This document shows, in pieces, positions 43,881 through 55,257 of a DNA stretch of 64,000 nt. Source of the stretch: an uncultured Gammaproteobacteria bacterium (GTDB lineage Bacteria; Pseudomonadota; Gammaproteobacteria; JABCZS01); assembly GCA_963848305.1 (NCBI GenBank), contig CAWKDC010000001.1:160001-224000 (forward strand), read 5' to 3'. Within the stretch, counting starts at the first letter, position 1. Each line of letters begins with the position of its first letter. The notes beneath the pieces are model-generated. The model worked only from the letters and a program-made list of their open reading frames with translations. It made no database searches and had not been told where the DNA came from. A program made the translations under genes and the position numbers.

Positions 43881-44845
43881 CACAATATGCAAAAATATTA
43901 GGCACAGGCAGTTGTTTGCCAGAGCGAACGATGTCAAACCTAGATTTCGAAAAAATCATTGACACGACGGATGAATGGATTGTCAGCCGATCAGGCATCA
44001 AAAACCGTCATTTTGTTGAAAACGATCAAGGTTTAGGCGATCTCATTGAGGTCGCTGCACGTCGCGCGCTTGAAGCCAGTGGCATTGCGCCCAATCAAAT
44101 TGACGGCATTATTGTCGGCACAACCAGCGGCGATTATGTTTTCCCCAGTGCTGCTTGCGATCTTCAGGCTCGTCTCGGTATCACGAATGGTTGCGCTGCA
44201 TTTGATATCCAGGCTGCCTGTTCAGGCTTTATTTACGCGTTGGGCGTCGCCGATCAGTTCATGAAAAATGGCGTGATGAAACATGTGCTGGTTGTCGGCG
44301 GAGAAGTCATTTCAAATTATATCAACTGGGAAGATCGTTCAACAAGTGTATTATTCGGCGATGGCGCAGGGGCGGTAGTTCTGGGTATTTCTGAAGAGCC
44401 AGGCATTTTGTCGACGCATCTGCACGCTGATGGGCGTTACCTTGACTTGTTGTATGCAAAACATTATTGGAAAGACGACGGTAAAAAGATTTCACGTCCT
44501 TATATCGTGATGGATGGAAAAGCGGTTTTTAAAGTCGCTGTGAATACGTTGAATGATATTGTCGAAGAAACATTGTCTGCAAATAAATTGAATAAATCTG
44601 ATATTGATTGGCTGGTGCCTCATCAAGCCAATTTGCGCATTATTGCAGCTACTGCCAAAAAGTTAGATATGCCCATGGATCGTGTGGTTGTGACGGTCGA
44701 TGATCAAGCGAACACATCTTCAGGTAGCATTCCTTTAGCCCTGGACATTGCCATTCGTGATGGCCGTATCAAACGTGGTGAATTATTGCTATTAGAAGCT
44801 TTTGGTGGCGGATTTACATGGGGTTCCGCGCTGATCCGTTATTAG
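43877..44845 (+). CDS. fabH: 3-oxoacyl-ACP synthase III
   Basis: AACSGF, FGDGAGA, PHQANLRII, FGGGFTWG. Confidence 0.95.
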   Translation: MTQYAKILGTGSCLPERTMSNLDFEKIIDTTDEWIVSRSGIKNRHFVENDQGLGDLIEVAARRALEASGIAPNQIDGIIVGTTSGDYVFPSAACDLQARLGITNGCAAFDIQAACSGFIYALGVADQFMKNGVMKHVLVVGGEVISNYINWEDRSTSVLFGDGAGAVVLGISEEPGILSTHLHADGRYLDLLYAKHYWKDDGKKISRPYIVMDGKAVFKVAVNTLNDIVEETLSANKLNKSDIDWLVPHQANLRIIAATAKKLDMPMDRVVVTVDDQANTSSGSIPLALDIAIRDGRIKRGELLLLEAFGGGFTWGSALIRY

Positions 44846-44862
44846 TTCATAAGGGGTAACGC

Positions 44863-45789
44863 ATGTCAACAGCCTTTGTATTTCCCGGTCAAGGTTCACA
44901 ATCTGTGGGCATGCTCAGCGGTTTCTCACAATTGCTTCAAGTCCGCGAACTGTTTGATCGCGCCAGTTCGGTGCTAGGTTACGATTTGCTGTCACTCATT
45001 GAAAACGGCCCCGCAGAAGAACTCAATCAAACAACCATCACGCAACCCGCCATTTTGGCTGTGTCATATGCGTTTTGGACATTGTACCGTGATGATCATG
45101 ATGAAATGCCTGCTGTGCTTGCTGGCCATAGCCTCGGGGAGTATTCTGCTTATGTGGCTGCAGAAGCAATCACCTTTGAAGATGCGCTGAAACTCGTGGC
45201 CCGTCGTGGTGAGCTTATGCAATCAGCCGTTAAACCAGGAGATGGTGCCATGGCTGCCATTTTAGGCATGGATGATGACACCGTTCGTGATATTTGTGAT
45301 GAAGTGGCTTCCACTGAAGGTGTGGTCAGTGCTGTTAATTTTAATTCTCCTGGCCAAGTAGTGATTGCAGGCAGTGCAAAAGCAGTTGAACGTGCCATCG
45401 TTGTTTTGAAGGATCGTGGCGCTAAACGTGCGTTGCCCTTGCCAGTCAGTGTCCCTTCGCATTGTGCTTTGATGAAGCCCATTGCGGAAAAATTTGCTTT
45501 AGATCTGGCAGCAGTCGATATTGTCGCGCCTTCCTTGCCGGTGATCAATAACGTTGACGTCGATATTGTTTTCACACCTGATGCGATCCGCGAATCACTG
45601 ATCCGTCAATTGTATTCGCCTGTGCGTTGGACTGAGACTGTGCGCAAAATCGCTGAGATGGATGTATCTGCAGTCATTGAGTGTGGCCCCGGAAAGGTAC
45701 TATCAGGTTTACATAAACGTATTGTGGAAGATTTACCGATCACACACGTGCTCGATCATATTCAAGGAGTCCATCATGCAACATCTTAA
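44863..45789 (+). CDS. fabD: Malonyl-CoA:ACP transacylase
   Basis: FPGQGSQ, GHSLGEY, VSVPSHC. Confidence 0.95.
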   Translation: MSTAFVFPGQGSQSVGMLSGFSQLLQVRELFDRASSVLGYDLLSLIENGPAEELNQTTITQPAILAVSYAFWTLYRDDHDEMPAVLAGHSLGEYSAYVAAEAITFEDALKLVARRGELMQSAVKPGDGAMAAILGMDDDTVRDICDEVASTEGVVSAVNFNSPGQVVIAGSAKAVERAIVVLKDRGAKRALPLPVSVPSHCALMKPIAEKFALDLAAVDIVAPSLPVINNVDVDIVFTPDAIRESLIRQLYSPVRWTETVRKIAEMDVSAVIECGPGKVLSGLHKRIVEDLPITHVLDHIQGVHHATS

Positions 45790-46522
45790 CGGGAAAATTG
45801 CCTTAGTGACTGGCGCGAGCCGCGGCATTGGTCATTCTGTTTTAGAAGGATTGATAGACGATGGCGCAACCGTGATTGGCACGGCCACCTCTGAATCAGG
45901 CGCGGCTGCCATCACAGCCTTTATTCAGTCTAAAAGCGGAAAAGGCGAGGGCGTTGTGCTGAATGTGGGTGACAAATCATCAATTGATGCCCTCGTTGAT
46001 TGGATGAAAACCCACTATCCTGAAGGGCCTCATATTTTGGTCAACAACGCCGGTATCACGCGCGATAATTTGATGTTGCGCATGAAAGAAGAGGAGTGGC
46101 TGGATGTCATCAACACTAACCTGACAGGCGTTTTTCGTTTAACACAAGCTTGTTTACGTGGAATGCTGAAAGCCCGCTGGGGTCGCATCATCAATATCAG
46201 CTCGGTCAGTGGATTAATGGGGAATCCCGGTCAGGCTAATTACAGCGCAGCCAAAGCCGGGTTGATTGGCTTTACTAAATCTTTAGCAATTGAAATTGCA
46301 TCTCGCCATGTGACGGTGAATGCGGTTGCGCCAGGTTTCATCGCCACTGATATGGTCCAGGCTTTGGGCGATGAGACGAAAAACAAAGTGGTTGAACATA
46401 TTCCGGTGGGTCGTCTCGGCGAACCTGCTGAAATCGCCGCTGCCGTACGCTTTTTAGCCAGTCCTGGCGCCAGTTATATCACCGGCACTGTGATCAATGC
46501 GAGCGGTGGGTTGTATATGTAA
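45776..46522 (+). CDS. fabG: 3-oxoacyl-ACP reductase
   Basis: TGASRGIG, NNAGITRDNL, NYSAAKAG. Confidence 0.94.
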   Translation: MQHLNGKIALVTGASRGIGHSVLEGLIDDGATVIGTATSESGAAAITAFIQSKSGKGEGVVLNVGDKSSIDALVDWMKTHYPEGPHILVNNAGITRDNLMLRMKEEEWLDVINTNLTGVFRLTQACLRGMLKARWGRIINISSVSGLMGNPGQANYSAAKAGLIGFTKSLAIEIASRHVTVNAVAPGFIATDMVQALGDETKNKVVEHIPVGRLGEPAEIAAAVRFLASPGASYITGTVINASGGLYM

Positions 46523-46644
46523 GTGGTGTGCGAATATTTATCTCATGTTATGTGTAGGGGTGCGGCGTGTCCCTCCCTATACATTCTCGATAATGTTGGG
46601 TATAGTTCGAGAGGGTTCAATAATCAATGGAGGGGGGGGATATT

Positions 46645-47289
46645 ATGCCTAGAGTGAATGATGTTGATGAAAGAAAAAATTTTCCGAATGATACTGTCAA
46701 AAAAGGTAAAGTTGCAGGTGAATCTGCTTCATCGAGCAGACGTATAGCTGGCTGGAGAAATTTTATCGAGATGTCCGTCTTAGCCCTTGGCGTCGGTGGC
46801 GTTGGATTTGCATTGGCCGAATTTATGTCATATAATTCAGCGGTCTATCATGGGCTCGGTGACCTGAAAGGGGAAACCGGCTGGGCTCCAGGTGCAAATT
46901 TCTTGGGTGCGAACGATCCTATCCTAGCAACATTCCTAGCGTTGACAACGACACTGTTGATGGGAGCGATTTACTACCAATACGCAATACATGAAAATGA
47001 GAGTAGCAATTCTCGTTATCGAGAGTACAGCAACTATGTGAAAAATCGAGATTTTTTATTAAAGAGTGTCTGTGTATGTATCGGCGCTGCTGCGATATAC
47101 TTTGCAAGCGCTTCAGTGGCGGGTTTATTCAACGAGCGCTTTAGTGAGATCAGTAGCATTGGGCTTTCTAGCAACTATGATGCCATTGAAATAACTTGCG
47201 CAGTAACCTTGTTTAGCGGTATGGCTACAGCAGCAATTGGGCTTGCTTATAGCCTGAGTCGTGATAATACGTCTAAGCGTCGCTTATAA
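46645..47289 (+). CDS. Orphan four-TM hypothetical protein
   Basis: Open frame with four hydrophobic segments; G-rich RBS; no recognised motif. Confidence 0.65.
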   Translation: MPRVNDVDERKNFPNDTVKKGKVAGESASSSRRIAGWRNFIEMSVLALGVGGVGFALAEFMSYNSAVYHGLGDLKGETGWAPGANFLGANDPILATFLALTTTLLMGAIYYQYAIHENESSNSRYREYSNYVKNRDFLLKSVCVCIGAAAIYFASASVAGLFNERFSEISSIGLSSNYDAIEITCAVTLFSGMATAAIGLAYSLSRDNTSKRRL

Positions 47290-47290
47290 T

Positions 47291-47315
47291 GTAGGGGCAG
47301 GTCTCCCGCCCCTGC
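47291..47315. repeat. GTAG-type REP-like hairpin between convergent genes
   Basis: GTAGGGGC-aggtctccc-GCCCCTGC. Confidence 0.55.
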
Positions 47316-47332
47316 GCGTTAAAAACGCGCCG

Positions 47333-47620
47333 TTATGGGCTCAATGAATTCTTGATAATATCTGGCAATCTTCTGGGCTGCTCAATTTCAATGACCTTGT
47401 GTCTGGATTTTCGTCCAGAGATAATCTTGATATTCGATTGTGGCGCCTTGAATTCTTTTGATAAAAATTTAATGAGCGCTTCATTGGCCTCATTATCCGT
47501 TGGCGCGGCCTTGACCAAAATCCTGAGAGCGTCATTGATGATGTCGGCAAATTCAGTCTTGCGAGAGCCAGGTACCACATGTACAGTCAATACCAGTATT
47601 GTTTCACTTTTCCATTTCAT
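47333..47620 (-). CDS. DUF167/YggU family protein
   Basis: V.PGSRK, APTDNEANEALIKFLSK, I.SG.KSRHK. Confidence 0.85.
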   Translation of the reverse strand: MKWKSETILVLTVHVVPGSRKTEFADIINDALRILVKAAPTDNEANEALIKFLSKEFKAPQSNIKIISGRKSRHKVIEIEQPRRLPDIIKNSLSP

Positions 47621-47700
47621 TTATAACCTTCGATCACCCATATTGACAATAGCGGTTATGATTCGCCACCATATCGCTTTTCTCGTATATAATCAATCCC

Positions 47701-49250
47701 ATGAGCAAACAACTTGCAAAATCAACGAGCCTAGTCGGCAGCATGACGCTTATCTCACGAATGGTGGGGTTTGTGCGGGACATGTTGGTCGCCCAATATT
47801 TCGGTGCGGGGGCGCAATACGACGCTTTCTTGGTCGCTTTTAAGCTCCCCAATTTTTTCAGAAGTTTGTTGGCAGAGGGGGCATTTTCTCAGTCATTCGT
47901 GCCCTTGTTGGCGGAATACCGGGATCGCAAGACCCCGGAAGAAACGAGGCACTATATCAATACCTGTGCCGGTACGCTTGCTTTGGTGGTTTTCATTATT
48001 TGTGTGTTAGGGGTGCTGGGCGCGCCGTATTTTATCAGGGCCTTTGCGCCGGGGTTTGACCCGTCGGACGAGCGCTTCCATTTGGCTGTCAATATGTTGC
48101 GTATCACGTTCCCCTATTTATTTTTCATTTCGATGACGGCATTTGTGTCTGGCATTTTGAACACCTATGGTAAATTTGCAGCACCTGCATTTGCGCCCAC
48201 ATTGCTTAACATTGCCATGATTGGATGCATGCTTTTTTTATCAACACATTTGGCAATACCCATCATGTCATTGGCCTGGGGCGTGATCCTTGGCGGCATT
48301 CTGCAAATGTTTTTTCAACTTCCTTTTTTATCACAGATTCAGATCAAACCTCGGCCTCGCATTGGTTTTAGAGATGAAGGTGTGCGGCGTTTGATCACGC
48401 TGATGGTGCCTTTGGTTTACGGGGCGTCCATCATGCAAATCAATCTATTGGTGAATACGATTTTTGCGTCCATGTTGCCGAAAGGCAGTATTTCGTGGCT
48501 GTATTATGCGGAACGCATGATGCAATTTCCCTTGGGTGTATTTGGTGTGGCGCTGTCAACCGTTGCGCTCACGCACTTGTCGCGCGGTCATGCGCAAAAA
48601 CATGAATCTCATTATAATGACATTCTCGATTGGTCCATGAAATTTGCTTGGCTCGTCGCATTGCCCGCCGCTGTGGGGCTAGGGGTTTTGTCTCGGCCCA
48701 TTTTGGTGGCGCTATTTCAATATGGTAAATTCACAGCGATGGATGTGACGCAGTCTCAAAAAGCATTGATTTTCTTTTCATTTGGATTGATGGCGTTTAT
48801 CTTGATGAAAGTATTGTCTGCGGCTTCTTATGCCAAAAAAGACATGAAAGGTGCCTGTGCAAATTGCGACGCTCAGTTTGTTTTTGAATATTGGTTTAAA
48901 CACTGTGCTCATGCAATATTCTGGCCCATGCGGGCTTGGCGCTGTCGACCTCGATAGCGGCGACAGTTTCGGTGTTGTTGCTGTATATCCGTATGCGCCG
49001 TAAGCATCGCGTATCATTCCAAAAAGATTGGTCGGTGTTTGGGATGCGAGTGGCATTGGCTAATATTGCGATGGGTGTGGCATTATACTGGCTCGTTCAG
49101 TATGTGGGGGATTTATCAGCCTTTCACTTTGGTCTGCGTGGTGCATTCTTGGTGGGATTTATTATCACTGGCGTCGTTGTTTATGCGGCCACATTGTTGT
49201 TGTGCGGTTTCAGGCCTCGGCATGTGTTGAAGCCGATTCCGGTTGACTGA
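47701..49250 (+). CDS. murJ: Lipid II flippase MurJ, with two indels near 48848 and 48919
   Basis: SRMVGFVRD, LPNFFRSLLAEGAFSQSFVP, LYYAER; the continuation VPVQIA...LN and LAHAGLALSTSIAA lies in shifted frames. Confidence 0.9.
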
Positions 49251-49261
49251 TAGGAGTCATT

Positions 49262-50173
49262 TTGTTGAGGTATGTGAGAGGTATGAAAATCCCTGTATCG
49301 CTGCAGGGCGGTGTTGTCACGTTGGGCAACTTTGATGGGGTACATATTGGCCATCAAATCATGCTGCAAACCTTGGTGAATGAAGCCAAAGCCCTCAAGA
49401 CAAAGAGCATAGTAGTCGTTTTTGAGCCCCATCCTCAGGCCTTTTTTGCATCAGAAAAACCAACTCGCCTGATGACCCTGCGCGAGAAAGCCCTTTTTTT
49501 TGAGGCTATGGGGGTTGATGCCCTGGTTGTCCTGCCATTCAATATGAAGATGGCTGCGCTGACACCAGAAGACTTCATCCAAACATTTTTAAAAGGGGTG
49601 TTGAAGGCTCAAAAACTGGTGGTCGGACATGATTATCATTTTGGGGCGGGCAGGGCAGGGGATATCCATACCTTGCGTTCAGCAGGGTTTGATGTGATAG
49701 AAGTCGCCCCAGTGACCTTATTAGGGGAGCGGGTCAGTTCAACTGCCATACGTCAGGCCTTGCAATCTAACGACTTATTGAAGGCGGAGAAGTACCTGGG
49801 GCGACGATATAGCATGAGGGGAAGGGTCAGGCGCGGGGACGGCCGAGGGCGCGAGCTAGGCTTCCCTACGGCCAATATTAATCCTCGCCGGGTGCCTGCT
49901 TTAAGAGGGGTTTTTGCTGTAAAAGCCCAGACCAAAGATGGTACAATACACCCTGCGGTCGCCAATCTCGGCACCCGGCCTACCGTGGACGGGATGCAAA
50001 CCTTGCTCGAGGTTCATTTATTGGACGAAAATAGGACGTTATATGGCGAATGGTTGGATGTGGTGTTTGTTCAACCGATTCGAGCAGAGCAAAAATTTAA
50101 CTCGCTGGATGCATTGAAAACGCAAATTACTGCGGATGTGGCGCAAGCCCATCGCCTCTTTTTCTCTGAATAG
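49262..50173 (+). CDS. ribF: Riboflavin kinase/FAD synthetase
   Basis: GNFDGVHIGH, VSSTAIR, GRELGFPTAN, LEVHL. Confidence 0.95.
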   Translation: MLRYVRGMKIPVSLQGGVVTLGNFDGVHIGHQIMLQTLVNEAKALKTKSIVVVFEPHPQAFFASEKPTRLMTLREKALFFEAMGVDALVVLPFNMKMAALTPEDFIQTFLKGVLKAQKLVVGHDYHFGAGRAGDIHTLRSAGFDVIEVAPVTLLGERVSSTAIRQALQSNDLLKAEKYLGRRYSMRGRVRRGDGRGRELGFPTANINPRRVPALRGVFAVKAQTKDGTIHPAVANLGTRPTVDGMQTLLEVHLLDENRTLYGEWLDVVFVQPIRAEQKFNSLDALKTQITADVAQAHRLFFSE

Positions 50174-50181
50174 GCAAAAGA

Positions 50182-52998
50182 ATGACTGATTATAAACACA
50201 CATTGAATTTACCTGAAACCGCTTTTGCGATGAAGGCTAATTTGTCTCAGCGCGAACCTGAGCGTTTAAAGAAATGGCAAGATGATCATCTTTACGAAAA
50301 AATCCGCGTTTCTCGTGCAGGCGCGCCAAAATATATTTTGCATGATGGACCACCTTATGCAAATGGAGCCATTCATTTAGGGCATGCAACGAATAAAATT
50401 TTGAAAGATTTTATTTTAAAATCGAAAACATTGAGTGGATTTGATTGTCCTTACGTGCCAGGTTGGGATTGTCATGGTTTGCCCATTGAAATCAATGTGG
50501 AAAAAAAGATTGGACGTGTGGGCGATAAAGTTAACGCCGCGCAATTCCGCAAAGCGTGTCGTGAATATGCAATGACACAAGTGGACGCACAGCGCACTGA
50601 ATTCATTCGACTCGGCGTGTTAGGCGATTGGTTCCATCCGTACTTGACGATGGATCATGATTTTGAGGCCAATGTGGTGCGATCACTCGCGAAGATCATT
50701 GCGAATGGCCATCTTGTGCAAGGCTTTAAGCCCGTGCATTGGTGCATGGATTGTAAATCGGCTTTGGCGGAAGCGGAAGTAGAATATCAAGATAAAACAT
50801 CTTCCTCTGTTCATGTGACATTTCCTGTGGTCGATCATTTATCGTTGAATGAAAAAGTGCCTCGTTTGGCGCAAACGCGTTTTGTAAATGTTTCATTTGT
50901 GATTTGGACTACTACACCCTGGACATTACCATCCAATAAAGCGGTGTGTTTAAACCCAGACATTGAATATGCATTTGTTGCAGTAAATCGCGGAAACGAT
51001 CCTGAATGCTTGATTTTGGCGGCATCTCGTGTGGAAGCGTGTATGGCCATTTATGGCATTGCAGACTTTGACATCATTGCGATGGCGCCTGGAAAAGATC
51101 TTGAATATATCGAATTGCAACACCCTTGGATGGAAACTACTGTGCCTGTGATCATGGGAGATCACGTGACAGTGGATACCGGAACGGGATGTGTTCATAC
51201 CGCACCAGATCATGGTGAAGACGATTACCGTGTTGCAATGGCGTATCATTTAACCATGGATCATCGGGTAGATGGGCGTGGTTTGTTCTCAGGTAATACA
51301 CCTATCGTGGCTGGCATGCATGTATTGAAATCCAATTATACTATCATTGAACATTTGGCGGCTCAGGGCAGGTTGTTGGCTGAGGAAAAAGTGCAGCACA
51401 GTTATCCGCATTGTTGGCGTCATCGCACCCCGATTATTTTCCGTGCAACACCGCAATGGTTTATCAGCATGGAACAAGAAGGATTGCGACGCGATGTATT
51501 GAAAGCGATCAAAACTGTTTCATTCATTCCTGAATGGGGAGAGTCTCGCATCACGCGTATGGTTGAAAATGCGCCTGATTGGTGTGTATCGCGTCAGCGT
51601 ACTTGGACCATGCCAATCACCAGTTATATGCATAATGACACCGGTGAATTGCATCCAAATACGCAAGCAATCATGGAGAAGGTCGCACAGGCGATTGCGA
51701 AAATGGGCATGGAAGCTTGGTATGATTATCCTGATGCAGAATTGATCGGTGACGATATAGACAATTACCATAAAATCCCAGATGGTTTGGATGTGTGGTT
51801 TGATTCGGGTGTCACGCATGCGTGCGTATTAGACGTTCGTCCTGAGCTTCACGCGCCAGCAGATTTATACTTAGAAGGATCTGATCAACACCGCGGATGG
51901 TTTAATTCTTCTCTCATGACACGCGTTGCCATGTATGGCGTAGCGCCTTATAAACAAGTATTAACGCACGGTTTTTTATTAGATGGAACGGGCCGTAAGA
52001 TGTCAAAATCTGTTGGCAACGATGTGGCGCCGCAGACAGTCGTGTCACAGTTTGGTGCGGATATTTTGCGTTTGTGGGTTGCAGGCAGTGATTATCGTAA
52101 TGACATGGCTTATTCGAGCGAAATCCTCAATCGCACGGTGGATGCATATCGTCGTATTCGAAATACGTCTCGATTTTTATTGGCTAATTTAAATGGTTTT
52201 GAACCGAAAAGGGATTTATTGCCTGCCTTCGAGTGTGTAGCTTTAGATCGTTATATGATCAGGCGCGCGATGAAGCTTCAAGAGGAAATACGCGCTCACT
52301 ATGAAGCATTTGAATTTCATCTTGTTTATCAAAAATTGCATCATGTGTGCAGCATGGATTTGGGCAGCTTTTACTTAGACATCATCAAAGACAGACAATA
52401 TACCGCAAAATCGGATGGCATCGCACGTCGCAGTGCGCAAACCGCTTTATACCATTGGGTTCAAGCGATGACACGTTGGATGGCGCCGATTTTATCATTC
52501 ACGGCGGATGAAATCTGGGAACATATTCCAGGTGTAAAAGATGAGTCGTTGTTTGTTCAATCATGGTATGACCAGTTTCCTGAGCACGTGAATGATGATG
52601 TGTTTACTGATCAATATTGGGAATCACTCATGCTCGTTCGTGATGAAGTGAATAAGCATTTGGAAGGGTTTAGAAAAGCAGGGGATATAGGCTCGGGTCT
52701 TGATGCACATGTTGTATTGCATGCGCGCGGTAATCTGCTCAAACAATTGCAAGCCTTGAAAAATGAACTGCGATTTGTGTTGATCACGTCAGATGCATCG
52801 GTTGTTGAAATGGGCGATCAATCTTCTAATACTGCTTTGCCTGATTTGTTCGTCGCTGTTCACGTCACAGAGGCTGTGAAATGTGTGCGTTGTTGGCAGC
52901 GTCGTGAAGATGTAGGACAGGTAAAAGCGCATCCAGAACTTTGTGTGCGTTGCGTGGACAATGTCGATGGCGCGGGCGAGGTGCGTTTGTATGCGTAG
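50182..52998 (+). CDS. ileS: Isoleucyl-tRNA synthetase
   Basis: HDGPPYANG.IHLGH, KMSKS, C-terminal CVRCW...CVRC Zn finger. Confidence 0.97.
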   Translation: MTDYKHTLNLPETAFAMKANLSQREPERLKKWQDDHLYEKIRVSRAGAPKYILHDGPPYANGAIHLGHATNKILKDFILKSKTLSGFDCPYVPGWDCHGLPIEINVEKKIGRVGDKVNAAQFRKACREYAMTQVDAQRTEFIRLGVLGDWFHPYLTMDHDFEANVVRSLAKIIANGHLVQGFKPVHWCMDCKSALAEAEVEYQDKTSSSVHVTFPVVDHLSLNEKVPRLAQTRFVNVSFVIWTTTPWTLPSNKAVCLNPDIEYAFVAVNRGNDPECLILAASRVEACMAIYGIADFDIIAMAPGKDLEYIELQHPWMETTVPVIMGDHVTVDTGTGCVHTAPDHGEDDYRVAMAYHLTMDHRVDGRGLFSGNTPIVAGMHVLKSNYTIIEHLAAQGRLLAEEKVQHSYPHCWRHRTPIIFRATPQWFISMEQEGLRRDVLKAIKTVSFIPEWGESRITRMVENAPDWCVSRQRTWTMPITSYMHNDTGELHPNTQAIMEKVAQAIAKMGMEAWYDYPDAELIGDDIDNYHKIPDGLDVWFDSGVTHACVLDVRPELHAPADLYLEGSDQHRGWFNSSLMTRVAMYGVAPYKQVLTHGFLLDGTGRKMSKSVGNDVAPQTVVSQFGADILRLWVAGSDYRNDMAYSSEILNRTVDAYRRIRNTSRFLLANLNGFEPKRDLLPAFECVALDRYMIRRAMKLQEEIRAHYEAFEFHLVYQKLHHVCSMDLGSFYLDIIKDRQYTAKSDGIARRSAQTALYHWVQAMTRWMAPILSFTADEIWEHIPGVKDESLFVQSWYDQFPEHVNDDVFTDQYWESLMLVRDEVNKHLEGFRKAGDIGSGLDAHVVLHARGNLLKQLQALKNELRFVLITSDASVVEMGDQSSNTALPDLFVAVHVTEAVKCVRCWQRREDVGQVKAHPELCVRCVDNVDGAGEVRLYA

Positions 52999-53455
52999 TC
53001 GATTGGTTGTCTTTTTCATTATTATTGCGGTGCTTTCTCTCGATGTCTTGACAAAGCGTTGGGTCAGTCATGCGTTTTATTTTGGCGAAATCGTACCGAT
53101 CTTTCCAGGGTTTAATTTGACGCTTGCACATAACACAGGCGCAGCGTTTAGTTTTCTGGCAGATGGCGCGGGTTGGCAACGTGTTTTGCTGTCTGCTGTC
53201 GCAGTGATTGTCACCCTAGTTTTTTCTGTGTGGCTGTATCGTACGCCAGCATCTGATCGCGTGACAACTATGGGTCTATCGTTGATCATTGCGGGCGCCA
53301 TCGGCAATTTGATTGATCGATTGTGGTACGGCTATGTGGTCGATTTTCTCGATGTTTATGTGAGCATTTATCACTGGCCTGCGTTTAATGTGGCGGATTC
53401 AGCAATTTGTATAGGTGTGGGTTTTCTGCTGCTGGAGGTCTTTCGTCGTGACTAA
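52991..53455 (+). CDS. lspA: Lipoprotein signal peptidase II
   Basis: [29 protein letters not shown]. Confidence 0.95.
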   Translation: MRSRLVVFFIIIAVLSLDVLTKRWVSHAFYFGEIVPIFPGFNLTLAHNTGAAFSFLADGAGWQRVLLSAVAVIVTLVFSVWLYRTPASDRVTTMGLSLIIAGAIGNLIDRLWYGYVVDFLDVYVSIYHWPAFNVADSAICIGVGFLLLEVFRRD

Positions 53456-54398
53456 TGCACAAATCATCCTTGCCAACCCCCGTGGCTTCTGTGCCGGCGT
53501 TGATCGTGCTGTCGATATTGTCGAACGTGCGCTGGAATTATTAGATTGCACAATTTATGTGCGTCATGAAATTGTTCACAATCGTTATGTTGTTGAAGAT
53601 CTTCAACGCAAAGGTGTGATTTTCGTGAATGAATTGTGCGATGTGCCTGATGGCGGCACAGTTGTTTTTTCTGCCCATGGCGTTGCTGCAAGTGTGCATG
53701 AAGAAGCTAAGCGTCGCAATCTCACGGTGTTTGATGCGACTTGCCCTTTGGTGACGAAAGTTCACATGGAAGTGATACGTGCTGCCAAAGAAAGCCATGA
53801 ATGCATTTTAATCGGTCATCGTGGCCATCCTGAAGTCATTGGCACGATGGGGCAATATCATCATCCTGATCGCAGCATTTACTTGGTTGAAACGCTTGAA
53901 GATGCTGAAACCATTGCGGTGGATGATCCCACCCGTTTAAGTTTTGTGACGCAGACGACATTGTCGATTGATGAAACCAAAATGATCATTGCAACCCTTA
54001 TGCGCCGTTTCCCATTGATTCAGGGCCTGAAGCGTGATGACATTTGTTATGCCACGCAAAATCGTCAGAATGCCGTACGTGAATTGGCAAAGTCTGTGGA
54101 TGTGGTATTGGTTGTCGGTTCGCCTAACAGCTCGAACTCAAATCGATTGCGCGAATTGGCTGAATCGCTCTGCGGTCGTGCGTATTTGCTCGATTCCGCT
54201 GATTCAGTATTGCCCGAATGGATTGCTGGTGCAAAAGCCATTGGCTTGACCGCTGGCGCTTCAGCACCTGAAGTGCTGTTGCAACAGGTGATTGTGCGTT
54301 TGAAAGCATTAGGTGCAGGGAATGTCGTTGAGATGGCTGAACCGAGGGAAGACATTGTCTTTCCATTGCCGAAGTTGTTGCGGGAATTAGAAAAATGA
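53448..54398 (+). CDS. ispH: 4-hydroxy-3-methylbut-2-enyl diphosphate reductase
   Basis: [42 protein letters not shown]. Confidence 0.96.
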   Translation: MTNAQIILANPRGFCAGVDRAVDIVERALELLDCTIYVRHEIVHNRYVVEDLQRKGVIFVNELCDVPDGGTVVFSAHGVAASVHEEAKRRNLTVFDATCPLVTKVHMEVIRAAKESHECILIGHRGHPEVIGTMGQYHHPDRSIYLVETLEDAETIAVDDPTRLSFVTQTTLSIDETKMIIATLMRRFPLIQGLKRDDICYATQNRQNAVRELAKSVDVVLVVGSPNSSNSNRLRELAESLCGRAYLLDSADSVLPEWIAGAKAIGLTAGASAPEVLLQQVIVRLKALGAGNVVEMAEPREDIVFPLPKLLRELEK

Positions 54399-54428
54399 TG
54401 GAAAGACGATAAAATTGCGCGTCGATGA

Positions 54429-54671
54429 TGAGGTGTGCGCATTCAAGGCCGCAAGGCCTTTAAACATTTGGCATAGGGTGAGGTGTACGCATCTAAGGCC
54501 GCAAGGCCTTTAAGCATTTGGCATAGGGTGAGGTGTATGCATTAAGGCCGCAAGGCCTTTAAGCATTTAGCCTAGGGTTAGATGTGCCCCGGCGAAAGCC
54601 GGGGCGCATCGTAACCCTAGGAAATGTATGGGAGAGTGTTCTGAGCACTGAAAGTGCGAAAGACCTATTGC
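54429..54671. repeat. Left REP array: three ~50-bp tandem units plus a nested hairpin
   Basis: TGAGGTGT..GCAT..AAGGCC-GCAA-GGCCTTTAA.CATTT.GC.TAGGG three times, then CCTAGGGTTA...CCCCGGC-GAAA-GCCGGGG...TAACCCTAGG. Confidence 0.9.
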
Positions 54672-54791
54672 ATAAATCAATGAATCTAGATATTCTGCTT
54701 CACGATTTCAGCTCGGTGAAAGATGCGTATATGGCATCGTAACACTAAGTTAAAAGCGCGAATAAAAATAATAATTAAAAAAGGAATGATC

Positions 54792-55256
54792 ATGTCTCAA
54801 TCATTATCTCAAGTATGGGTGCACGTTATTTTCTCTACAAAAAATCGATATCCTTATTTAAAAGATCCTAACATACGCGAAAGAGTATATGAATATATAG
54901 TCGCAATATGCCAAAATTTACAGTGTAACGTCATTGCAATAAATGGTGTTGAAGATCATGTGCATTTACTCGCAGGTCTACATAAAAATATATCATTATG
55001 TGATCTTGTTGAAAAAATAAAAAAATCTTCTTCTAAATGGATAAAAGGAATTGGTATACATCACAACCATTTAAACAAATTTTATTGGCAGAGCGGTTAC
55101 GGTGCATTTAGTGTGAGTCAATCGAACCTGGAAATTGTTAGAAAATATATAGTGAATCAAGCTGAGCATCATAAGAAACAAAGTTTTCAAGACGAATATA
55201 GGGCTTTCTTGATTAAATATGATATTGCCTACAAAGAAGAATATGTTTGGAAATAA
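54792..55256 (+). CDS. tnpA: IS200/IS605-family Y1 HUH transposase (TnpA/RAYT-like)
   Basis: MSQSLSQVWVHVIFSTKNR, HUH motif DHVHLL, WQSGYGAFSVS, catalytic Tyr in YIVNQAEHH; visibly AT-richer than its neighbours. Confidence 0.92.
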   Translation: MSQSLSQVWVHVIFSTKNRYPYLKDPNIRERVYEYIVAICQNLQCNVIAINGVEDHVHLLAGLHKNISLCDLVEKIKKSSSKWIKGIGIHHNHLNKFYWQSGYGAFSVSQSNLEIVRKYIVNQAEHHKKQSFQDEYRAFLIKYDIAYKEEYVWK

Positions 55257-55257
55257 G

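Noticed and set aside
54429-54577. 50-bp tandem repeats as a CRISPR array
   Set aside because: Units are contiguous with near-identical intervening sequence, so there are no unique spacers; no cas genes; the repeats are mirrored on the other side of tnpA.
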